From Acutalibacteraceae bacterium (GTDB lineage Bacteria; Bacillota; Clostridia; Oscillospirales; Acutalibacteraceae): a stretch of 60,571 nt of DNA. Below the pieces are notes generated by a model, which did not search any database, was not told the origin of the DNA, and saw only the letters and a program-made list of their open reading frames with translations. A program made the position numbers and the translations under genes. The stretch spans positions 1-60,571 of the forward strand of contig JAZQHI010000153.1 in the NCBI GenBank assembly GCA_045540535.1. The letters are read 5' to 3'. Shown here piece after piece: positions 17,523 through 24,980 of the stretch; the stretch's first letter is position 1, and the number at the start of each line of letters is the position of its first letter.

Positions 17523-18716
17523 GTGACAATTATGAGCAAACAAGAAATAGATACAAATGAAATTGCGGGGAAGAAAAAACCGACACTAAATTTAGGCGAA
17601 ATTAACTTTTACGGATTGTGGCATACAGTTAAAACCTTTTGCACTTTCTTCGCTTTTGTAAGTGCATTTATTTGGTTTTTTCCTCAAACTCTTCCAATAG
17701 ATGAAATTTTTATGTTGATACTGCTTGGTTTAGGTGCTGTATGTGCACTTGTGTCTTGCATTGTTGATGTCTTTAAAATCACTCATTTTGTAGCAGCAAC
17801 AATAACCAAAGTGTTGACAGCGATATCTGTGTTCACATTAATTCCGTTTCTTCCTATTTTTGTTGCAATTATAACATATACGGGTACATTTGCATTTGCT
17901 TTTGTATTCTGTATAATGTTCCCTTATGTGATTACGGTAATTACATATATAGTTAGACTGATAATCGCAAAAAATGAAGGTATCTTTATTGAAAACAAGA
18001 AGAAGGAAATCATTACAGCAGTAGCAGGTTTTTTAACTGCGGTTTCGGTTCTTGTGCTTTGTTTAATTATTCGTAGCACAACGGTTACTGTTACAAACTT
18101 GACAATGGATGACCTTAACCAACAGCAAGTATATAGCGAATATATTGCTGATTTTCCTGAGCGAACTGTTGATGGTATTGATATTACAAATCCTACCAGT
18201 AGCAAATACAATGCCGATACTCTTAGTCACGATGATGTATATGACTTTGAAACAACTGTTGGCGGTGTGACTTATAAAAACAAAGTGACAATTCATTACG
18301 AATATAGAGATGGTAAATGGAAACTTGATGAAATCAATGAGCAAAGAGATTTAGACAATGCTACCATTGATATTTCTGGCACTTTTGAAGGTGTTGGCAA
18401 ATTTGAAGGTGCTCTTGCCATGAGAGATTTTCAATACACATTCAAGATTGAAAAATTAACCAAAGACGGTGGCACAGCATCGCTAGTCATCTACGATGAT
18501 AGAACAAATGAAAATCTTGTTGATACAAAATCCAATATTACGGTTGTTGAAACGATAACCGAGAACAACGATATTGTTTTAAATCTTAATATTGAATTTA
18601 ACCCTGCACTTGAAGGTGGCATTGATAATGTTGAAGGAAAATATTCAGTAGCAACTGGAACATTAACCGTACACGGTTTCTCGTTTAATGATGATATTAT
18701 TCTCTCAATTAAATAA
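17523..18716 (+). CDS. Polytopic membrane protein with a ~200-aa extracytoplasmic C-terminal domain
   Basis: 397 aa. About 5 TM helices in residues 30-190, then a beta-rich soluble domain. No family recognised. The start could instead be ATG 17532. Confidence 0.55.
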   Translation: MTIMSKQEIDTNEIAGKKKPTLNLGEINFYGLWHTVKTFCTFFAFVSAFIWFFPQTLPIDEIFMLILLGLGAVCALVSCIVDVFKITHFVAATITKVLTAISVFTLIPFLPIFVAIITYTGTFAFAFVFCIMFPYVITVITYIVRLIIAKNEGIFIENKKKEIITAVAGFLTAVSVLVLCLIIRSTTVTVTNLTMDDLNQQQVYSEYIADFPERTVDGIDITNPTSSKYNADTLSHDDVYDFETTVGGVTYKNKVTIHYEYRDGKWKLDEINEQRDLDNATIDISGTFEGVGKFEGALAMRDFQYTFKIEKLTKDGGTASLVIYDDRTNENLVDTKSNITVVETITENNDIVLNLNIEFNPALEGGIDNVEGKYSVATGTLTVHGFSFNDDIILSIK

Positions 18717-18753
18717 TTTGAGTAAATAATAAATATAGAAAGGTTTAATAATT

Positions 18754-19869
18754 ATGAAAAGATTACTTGCTTTATTACTTGCGACATTGATGGTCTTCTC
18801 GCTCGTTTCTTGTGGCAACAGCGATACCAAGGGTGGTTCTAACACCGAAAAGAGTGTTGAAGAAATTGTTAAGAATGATGATAGTACCATTGGAAAATTA
18901 GTTAGAACTTGGTGCGAAACAATTTCCATTACAGACCAAGCAAAAGGTTATGCTAATCGTGCAGAAAATAACTTTTATAAATTTAATTACACCAGTGAAG
19001 AAAAAGCAGATGGTGAAGATATTAAACGAGTTTACGAAAGCGAAAACAAAAGATATAAATTTACTGTTAGTTATGACAAGGCAGAAAATACACTGACAAT
19101 TTTTGACGAAAGACAATCTACAATAACTGGTCGTATACAAGGTTGTAATGAAGTTGAGATGGGTTATAATGCCAGCACAACAGTTGTTAAGTTTAATGCA
19201 GAAAACATCTTGGTTAGTGCAACAAAAACGGATGCAGAAAAACCTGAATATGATTTTTCATACGACCAAATGATTTACACTTTTGATGAAAAAGGCAATC
19301 TGATTGAGACTGTTCCTAAAAACACCAATACTAATAGTATATTTGGAGATAGTTACAAATATAAATACGAATATGATGAGAATAATAACCTGATTAAATT
19401 AATTCACGATGATGACTATACTGAATATACATACGATGAAAACGGCAATATAACTGTATATTCTTATACAACCGATGAATACGGCGAAACAATGGAAAAA
19501 AGTCCGTTCAAATGTGAAAAACTTGAAAACGGAAACATAAAAATAACTCAGTTTGATGTTGAAAATAAAGACCGTGTTATCCGTTGGGAAATCTATGACC
19601 ACTATGGTAATTCAATTGAAAGAACTGATTATAAAGAAGATGGAACAGTAGATTTTTCTTCAAAATGCAAATACAACGAAGAAGGCGATTGCATTGAGGA
19701 AACAAGAACAGATGAATATGGCGAAAGTGTTACAGGATACGAATACAATGAATACGGAAATACGATTAAAACAATCTACTACAACGATGAAGGCAAGGCT
19801 TATTCAATTACCGAATACAAATACGACGAAAATGGGAAGAAGATAGATGAGGAAACCTATCGTCCTTAG
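18754..19869 (+). CDS. Lipoprotein with YD/RHS-like repeats
   Basis: MKRLLALLLATLMVFSLVSCG lipobox. Repeats include YTFDEKGNL, YEYDENNNL, YTYDENGNI, YDHYGNS, YNEEGDC, YEYNEYGNT and YKYDENGKK. Confidence 0.7.
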   Translation: MKRLLALLLATLMVFSLVSCGNSDTKGGSNTEKSVEEIVKNDDSTIGKLVRTWCETISITDQAKGYANRAENNFYKFNYTSEEKADGEDIKRVYESENKRYKFTVSYDKAENTLTIFDERQSTITGRIQGCNEVEMGYNASTTVVKFNAENILVSATKTDAEKPEYDFSYDQMIYTFDEKGNLIETVPKNTNTNSIFGDSYKYKYEYDENNNLIKLIHDDDYTEYTYDENGNITVYSYTTDEYGETMEKSPFKCEKLENGNIKITQFDVENKDRVIRWEIYDHYGNSIERTDYKEDGTVDFSSKCKYNEEGDCIEETRTDEYGESVTGYEYNEYGNTIKTIYYNDEGKAYSITEYKYDENGKKIDEETYRP

Positions 19870-19891
19870 TAAATAGAAAGGTAAAACGATT

Positions 19892-19963
19892 ATGAAACGA
19901 ACACTGGCAGTACTACTCGTTTTTGTATTAGTGTTAGGTGATGTCAAGAAAAGTATCAGTTAG
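19892..19963 (+). pseudogene. Stub of a signal-peptide/lipoprotein gene (23 codons)
   Basis: AAAGG RBS, then MKRTLAVLLVFVLVLGDVKKSIS-stop. The N-terminus resembles the upstream lipoprotein signal peptide and then terminates. Confidence 0.35.
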
Positions 19964-20000
19964 TAGATACTAAAAGTATCACTTAGATGATACCAAAAAG

Positions 20001-20040
20001 GATATGAGTGAAAACAAAAAATCTACTCATATCTTTTTTT
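20001..20040. terminator. Bidirectional terminator built on a GATATGAG stem
   Basis: AAAAAG-GATATGAGT...ACTCATATC-TTTTTTT. Confidence 0.6.
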
Positions 20041-20225
20041 ATGCTCTGTTCGCAAGTGGAGTGCAACGATTATTATGCTCTGTCCGACCGTAAGGGAGTT
20101 GGATGGAGCATTTTTTCGTAGAAAACTCAGTTTTTGTGGCAGTATTGCGGCGGTATGCCACAAAATGTACTGAGTTATATTTTCTGTGAAAATATAATCG
20201 TTTAAATAAAGTTTCCTTCATTATT
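20041..20225. other. Structured, relatively GC-rich non-coding island (candidate oriT, single-strand origin or sRNA)
   Basis: Hairpin A at 20075-20111 has a 14-bp stem including 3 G-U pairs, loop CGTAAGGGA, then T-run. Hairpin B at 20126-20174 has a 10-bp perfect TTTTGTGGCA/TGCCACAAAA stem plus a 6-bp outer stem. It lies immediately upstream of the mob genes. Confidence 0.45.
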
Positions 20226-20278
20226 ACACTAAGACCATATCAAAAAAGATATGAGAAAAAATGAAAGGAGTTATTTAA

Positions 20279-20524
20279 ATGCAAGACCCTCACTTTTTCC
20301 CTTTAACAGAGCAACAAGTTTTTGAAAACCAAAAATCACTATCCGAGAAATTAAATTTTGCCAAAACGATTTGTGACCTTGCATCCGAAGAAGGTTGGTT
20401 TGCTGATATGTTTGGAGTTAGTCCACGAGATGCAAGTCTTTTGTCATATGAAATATCCGTTATACAAGAAAAGATAATTGGCAATCTCATAATTTTTGAT
20501 GAAAGGGAAGATAAGGTGATTTAA
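20279..20524 (+). CDS. Small acidic protein translationally coupled to the relaxase (possible relaxosome accessory)
   Basis: 81 aa, AAAGGAG RBS. Its TAA overlaps the relaxase ATG (TAATG). Confidence 0.5.
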   Translation: MQDPHFFPLTEQQVFENQKSLSEKLNFAKTICDLASEEGWFADMFGVSPRDASLLSYEISVIQEKIIGNLIIFDEREDKVI

Positions 20525-21978
20525 TGGAAGAAATAAATGCTACTTTATCATTTCATATGGATAGTAGACATAATGATAAACACGATGCAAGAAATTTGTA
20601 TGTGCCATATGTAAATCCAGAATTGAGCATAAACAATTATTATCCTGATTTTAATATGTCCAGAGAGCAGGCATTTGAATTTTTATTTAGCGATGCTGTC
20701 CGTGAGTATAATCAAAAACAGACCAGACCTGAACGAAGGATTAAAAATTACTTGGAAAAACTCTTGGCATCAGAAGAGCGACAAAATCAACTGATTAGAG
20801 AAAAACGAGCAGAAGGATGCAGTTATAAAGAATTAGCGAAATTCAGGAAGAAAAAACACTGCTCCGTTCAAATGATTATAGGAATTGGCAATATACAGGA
20901 AAATCCAGAGTTCAAAGCAAATGGTTCAAAGGCGGAGGTTGTCAATAAAATCATAAAAGAATATATTGATGGATTTCAGGAACGAAATCCAAATGCCTTC
21001 CTGTACCACAGTGCACGGCATAACGATGAGCAGGGAGTTATTCATGGACACCTGTCAATAATCTGGTATGCGGATGGGTTCACCAAAGGTATGAGCAGAC
21101 AAGTATCGCAGAAAAAAGCACTGGAACAGATGGGATTTGTGTCTGACACGAAAAAAGGTGCGGATGGTAAATTGCATCTCGCCATTGAGAAGTGGCAGCA
21201 AAGAGAACGGTCTGTTCTCCGTAGCATCTGCAAATCCTACGGCATCAACATTGTATCTGGTAGAGAAAGTCGCGAACACCTTGACCGTGAGCATTATATT
21301 ATAAAAAAGCAAAAAGAAGAGTGTGCTACACTATTAAAAGATGCAAACGAGAAAGCGGGTGCTGTTTTAGCAGCACAAGAAAAGGTTGATGCACAACTTT
21401 TTGACATCAAGAATTTTTTACAAAATACCGAAAACGGTGCTGTTTATTCCATATATGCAGAGAACCGTGACAGCAAAGAAAAAATTTCCGCATACGAAAA
21501 AAAGAATAGGGAGACATATTTTCTATTGGCAAGATTATGGGAAGAATATAAAAAAGAAAATGCACGGTACTGGGAAAAGTACCGTGCAGATAAAAATGAA
21601 CTCTTTGCATCTCTCCAAGCAATTCGGAACGGTGTCAAGTACAATAAGAAGCAACTGGATGATTGCTTATATTCGCTTTTAGATACCAGTCAATCGCTTT
21701 TAAGCAAACTAATATCCATTATAGAACTGTTTGCTTTGCTCGTTGAGAACACTGTTTTTAAGCGAGAATTAGCGAAGATAGAACAAGCACACAGAGAACT
21801 AAAAGAAAATGCCCGTGTGGTGTTACAGGCATCCAAAGAAACCAGTATCGCTCTAAAATCAAAAGATATGGATAATGTAGAACTTGCACTACAAAACTGG
21901 AACACGACTATTCAAAAAACTGATAATGACTTGCGATTACAATTTCAAACGGTTGATGAACAATATAAAGGGATATAA
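20524..21978 (+). CDS. HUH-type mobilization relaxase (MOBQ/MOBV-like) with coiled-coil C-terminus
   Basis: 484 aa. Three-histidine motif HNDEQGVIHGH, N-terminal Tyr candidates (NLYVPY), and a long K/E-rich helical C-terminal half. Confidence 0.7.
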   Translation: MEEINATLSFHMDSRHNDKHDARNLYVPYVNPELSINNYYPDFNMSREQAFEFLFSDAVREYNQKQTRPERRIKNYLEKLLASEERQNQLIREKRAEGCSYKELAKFRKKKHCSVQMIIGIGNIQENPEFKANGSKAEVVNKIIKEYIDGFQERNPNAFLYHSARHNDEQGVIHGHLSIIWYADGFTKGMSRQVSQKKALEQMGFVSDTKKGADGKLHLAIEKWQQRERSVLRSICKSYGINIVSGRESREHLDREHYIIKKQKEECATLLKDANEKAGAVLAAQEKVDAQLFDIKNFLQNTENGAVYSIYAENRDSKEKISAYEKKNRETYFLLARLWEEYKKENARYWEKYRADKNELFASLQAIRNGVKYNKKQLDDCLYSLLDTSQSLLSKLISIIELFALLVENTVFKRELAKIEQAHRELKENARVVLQASKETSIALKSKDMDNVELALQNWNTTIQKTDNDLRLQFQTVDEQYKGI

Positions 21979-21980
21979 TG

Positions 21981-22020
21981 AAAAAAGATATGAGAGATTT
22001 TGTTTCTCTCATATCTTTTT
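21981..22020. terminator. Bidirectional terminator built on a GATATGAG stem
   Basis: AAAAAAGATATGAGAG-ATTTTGTTT-CTCTCATATCTTTTT, between convergent genes. Confidence 0.65.
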
Positions 22021-22929
22021 GTGTTTTTTCTTAAATTCTTCAATATCAAAATTTATTGTTACATAGGTGCGGGGTTTCGGAACTTTCTCTGCTAACAACT
22101 GCCAACGGCGGTATACATTGTAACTGCTAATCATATTCAGCATTTCCATCGCTCTTTCAACCCTTGCTCGTTCGGAAGGAACGGTGTCTATCATAGTATC
22201 CGCCAAGTTGCTGATTTCATAATATTCACTGGGCACTCCTCCGCATCTCTTTGGTAAATCAAAAATCTCAAATGGTTGGTTAGAAAGGTCATCACTGTAA
22301 CTTAATGTGTTTTCATAATCATTCGCCATCAACCAAAATGTGATTTTACTGCTAATACCACAATAATCCTTTAATAATTCTAATGTGGTCTTTGGACTAA
22401 TTTGATAAGTTTCATATGCAAAATAAATTTCTTTAAATGCATCGTTAATATTTAACCTCTGTTCAGTTCTAAGTCCCCCTGAATTTTTTTGTGGTATCGC
22501 ATTGCTAACATAAACAGAAAAATCTTCAATGAGTTCAGATGCTGATTTTGAAGACTTAACAAAGAAATCTTCTCCTGCTTTCTGGTTTCCAAATCTTAGT
22601 GTGGAAAACGGAGAGATTTTTGCGATTGCTCCATCAAAATTAAAAATCAAAAGGTCAATGCCTTTTTGCAGGATAGCAGTATAGAACATCGTTGCCTTTT
22701 GACTGTTACCCATCAGCAAGGCATCCACAGAATACATATCTATTCTATCGCCTGTATCCAGTTTTTCAATCAGTTCCATTAATTTTGGTCTGTTGTCTGT
22801 ATCAGAGCGAATAATATCAATGACAATTTCATCAACACCAATAGAATACAATTCTTGATATGCTACTGTTTTCTTAATATCAATCGTTGTATTTCGTATG
22901 CTTACACCGTATCCATAAGCTTTTTTCAT
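22009..22929 (-). CDS. Resolvase-N-domain-like protein lacking the catalytic Ser/Arg signature
   Basis: Track ORF trimmed to the ATG at 22929 (AAGGGG RBS, and a divergent promoter lies upstream). KAYGYGVSIRNTT aligns to the GYxRVSTxxQ position without R or S. RPKLMELIEKLDTGDRIDMYSVDALL resembles the resolvase core. Confidence 0.45.
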   Translation of the reverse strand: MKKAYGYGVSIRNTTIDIKKTVAYQELYSIGVDEIVIDIIRSDTDNRPKLMELIEKLDTGDRIDMYSVDALLMGNSQKATMFYTAILQKGIDLLIFNFDGAIAKISPFSTLRFGNQKAGEDFFVKSSKSASELIEDFSVYVSNAIPQKNSGGLRTEQRLNINDAFKEIYFAYETYQISPKTTLELLKDYCGISSKITFWLMANDYENTLSYSDDLSNQPFEIFDLPKRCGGVPSEYYEISNLADTMIDTVPSERARVERAMEMLNMISSYNVYRRWQLLAEKVPKPRTYVTINFDIEEFKKKHKKI

Positions 22930-22968
22930 ATAATTACCCCTTTTTAAAAAATAAACCTTTCCAAAGGC

Positions 22969-22997
22969 TTGACAATGAAACTGTTGGTGTGTATAAT
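22969..22997 (+). promoter_or_regulatory. Consensus sigma-A promoter reading toward xis-int
   Basis: TTGACA-17 nt-TATAAT, about 210 nt upstream of xis. Confidence 0.55.
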
Positions 22998-23041
22998 AAT
23001 AGTGGTATAGGTGGAATACAAAAACCACCTATAAAAAATCT

Positions 23042-23118
23042 CTTGCTATGGGTATAGGCAAAAGGCGATTAAATGTCGCCTAAAACAATACCTTGCTATG
23101 AGTATAGCAAAAAGGCGA
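23042..23118 (+). repeat. Two 27-bp direct repeats, 50 bp apart, in the xis-int leader
   Basis: CTTGCTATGGGTATAGGCAAAAGGCGA at 23042 and CTTGCTATGAGTATAGCAAAAAGGCGA at 23092. Each contains a TTGCTAT/ATAGCAA palindrome. Confidence 0.6.
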
Positions 23119-23209
23119 GAGAAAGTCAAGCATCTTGACACCTGAATATAAAAATTCAGCACATTGCGAGGTCGTACACAACTAAAAATCAATTTGAAAG
23201 GAGTTTTAT

Positions 23210-23461
23210 ATGGAACAGATGACCCGAACTATCTCAACCGATATTAAATTGTATTCCGTTAAGGAAGTCGCAAGTTTGCTTTCAATCAGCAAGAACAGGG
23301 TTTATGACCTTATTTATGCTAACCGTATTCCTGCTATGGATATAGGCGGGTTAAAAATAAGGCACGAAACTCTTGCTGATTTTCTCAAAAATATGGAGGG
23401 GTACGAGGTTGATTTCAACCACCCAGAAAATCTTTATGTTTTGCAGAAAAGAACTGCATAG
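23210..23461 (+). CDS. xis: Excisionase-family DNA-binding protein
   Basis: 83 aa. YSVKEVASLLSISKNRVYDLIYANRIPAMDIGG is a MerR-like HTH_17 excisionase motif. It lies directly upstream of int. Confidence 0.8.
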   Translation: MEQMTRTISTDIKLYSVKEVASLLSISKNRVYDLIYANRIPAMDIGGLKIRHETLADFLKNMEGYEVDFNHPENLYVLQKRTA

Positions 23462-23474
23462 AAAGGAGTAAAAA

Positions 23475-24980
23475 ATGAGTAAAAGTATTGAAACAGTAAG
23501 AACCGTTCATATCTTCAAATCTAAATACAAAAGAAAGGACGGTAAGGAAACTTGGTCGTATCGTTTTGAAATGCCATATCGCCGTGCAGATGGCAAAAGA
23601 GATTTTGCCACAAAGAGTGGTTTTGCAACAAAAACGGCGGCGAAAACGGCAGGACAACAAGAGTTCAACCGTATCTATAATGGTGTTGTACCACAAATTA
23701 CCAAGTCTGATGACCGTGTTGCAGAACTTCGTTTCAAGGACTACATCACAAACTATTGGTATCCGTTTAAGCAAAAATTGGTAAAAGACACCACTATGGA
23801 GGGGTATCAAAAGAAATTCAACGGTATTTTATTTCCTAGATTTGGTAACACGGCAATAAAGGACATCACAACCGAGGTTTTAGAAGAGTTCTTAAACACG
23901 GACATTTACCTTAATTCCGAGTTATCAAACCACACACTTCTTAACCTACGGGCATTGTTAAAGCAAGTTTTTAATTTCGCCGTTAAAAACGGACATATTG
24001 ATACAAATCCAATGCTCACAGCAACTCCCCACAACCCTCGCATACCACCTAATGTGGTCAAACGAGGACAGTGCCGAACCGCTATTGATAAGGGAACACT
24101 TGACAAAATCTACGATTTATACCCCAAAGGCACTCTTGAACATCTTGCCCTTAAAATTATGCAACTGACAGGTATGAGACACGGAGAGTGTTTTGCTCTT
24201 GATTGGAGAGATATTTGTTTTGAAAATCATTGTATTTATCTTGTTAGACAGATACAGAGAAAATCATCAAAATTCACTCCGACTGCTTGGGAAAAAGAAC
24301 TACTTGCAAAACACCCCGAACTTCGTAATTTCAAGTGGTATATCAGCAACCCTAAATACGAAAGTCGCCGTGCTATTCCTATGTCAGCAGAGATTGAGCA
24401 ATTGCTTAAAGATGAATTGGAGTGTCAACAAGCAAATCGTAAAAAATATGGTGCAAAGTATAAGAGGTATTTCTATACTCGTAGAACTGCACCCCGTTAT
24501 TACAACGACTTTCATACCTTTAATACTTGCACAAGTCAAATTAAGGGGGAAATCGTTACAGAGTTTGAGAATGGTATTCTTAACGAACACGGTATTGGTT
24601 ACGAGTTCAACCCTGTTTTTCGCCGTGTGAATGGTGCTTATTATACATCTGGAAACACTCAATATATTTCTCGTAAAATTCACGGTTACGAAGGTAACGA
24701 ACTTATTTCAAGCACCTTTAATATTCATTCTTTACGACACACTTATGCATCTTCTATGAGGTCAATGGGTTTTGAAAGTTACATTGTGCAAAGTTTAATG
24801 GGACACAAAAATCCATCAACGACAACACAGGTGTATATGCATCTTGAAGAGAATGTGTTTACACAGGTGGCACACACGGTCAACACTATGGGCAGTGTGG
24901 ATGCCTTAATCAACAATCTCTCCAACGAACAGTTGGAAGAGTTGAAAATAAAATTATTAAATAAAGGAGAATTGCAGTAA
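23475..24980 (+). CDS. int: Tyrosine-type site-specific integrase with N-terminal arm-binding domain
   Basis: 501 aa. The N-terminus KRKDGKETWSYRFEM...GFATKTAAK is Tn916-type arm-binding-like. Catalytic TGMRHGE, HSLRHTYAS and GHKNPSTTTQVYMH motifs are present. Confidence 0.9.
   Translation: MSKSIETVRTVHIFKSKYKRKDGKETWSYRFEMPYRRADGKRDFATKSGFATKTAAKTAGQQEFNRIYNGVVPQITKSDDRVAELRFKDYITNYWYPFKQKLVKDTTMEGYQKKFNGILFPRFGNTAIKDITTEVLEEFLNTDIYLNSELSNHTLLNLRALLKQVFNFAVKNGHIDTNPMLTATPHNPRIPPNVVKRGQCRTAIDKGTLDKIYDLYPKGTLEHLALKIMQLTGMRHGECFALDWRDICFENHCIYLVRQIQRKSSKFTPTAWEKELLAKHPELRNFKWYISNPKYESRRAIPMSAEIEQLLKDELECQQANRKKYGAKYKRYFYTRRTAPRYYNDFHTFNTCTSQIKGEIVTEFENGILNEHGIGYEFNPVFRRVNGAYYTSGNTQYISRKIHGYEGNELISSTFNIHSLRHTYASSMRSMGFESYIVQSLMGHKNPSTTTQVYMHLEENVFTQVAHTVNTMGSVDALINNLSNEQLEELKIKLLNKGELQ

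Noticed and set aside
20039-20221. 60-aa minus-strand ORF across the structured island
   Set aside because: It has no Shine-Dalgarno sequence and its codons run straight through two long hairpins. The structure explains the region better than coding does.
11098-22015. Possibility that the GATATGAG repeats are a CRISPR array or MITE copies
   Set aside because: Spacing is irregular (hundreds to thousands of bp), the shared core is only about 8-13 nt, and there is no repeat-spacer periodicity or terminal-inverted-repeat unit.
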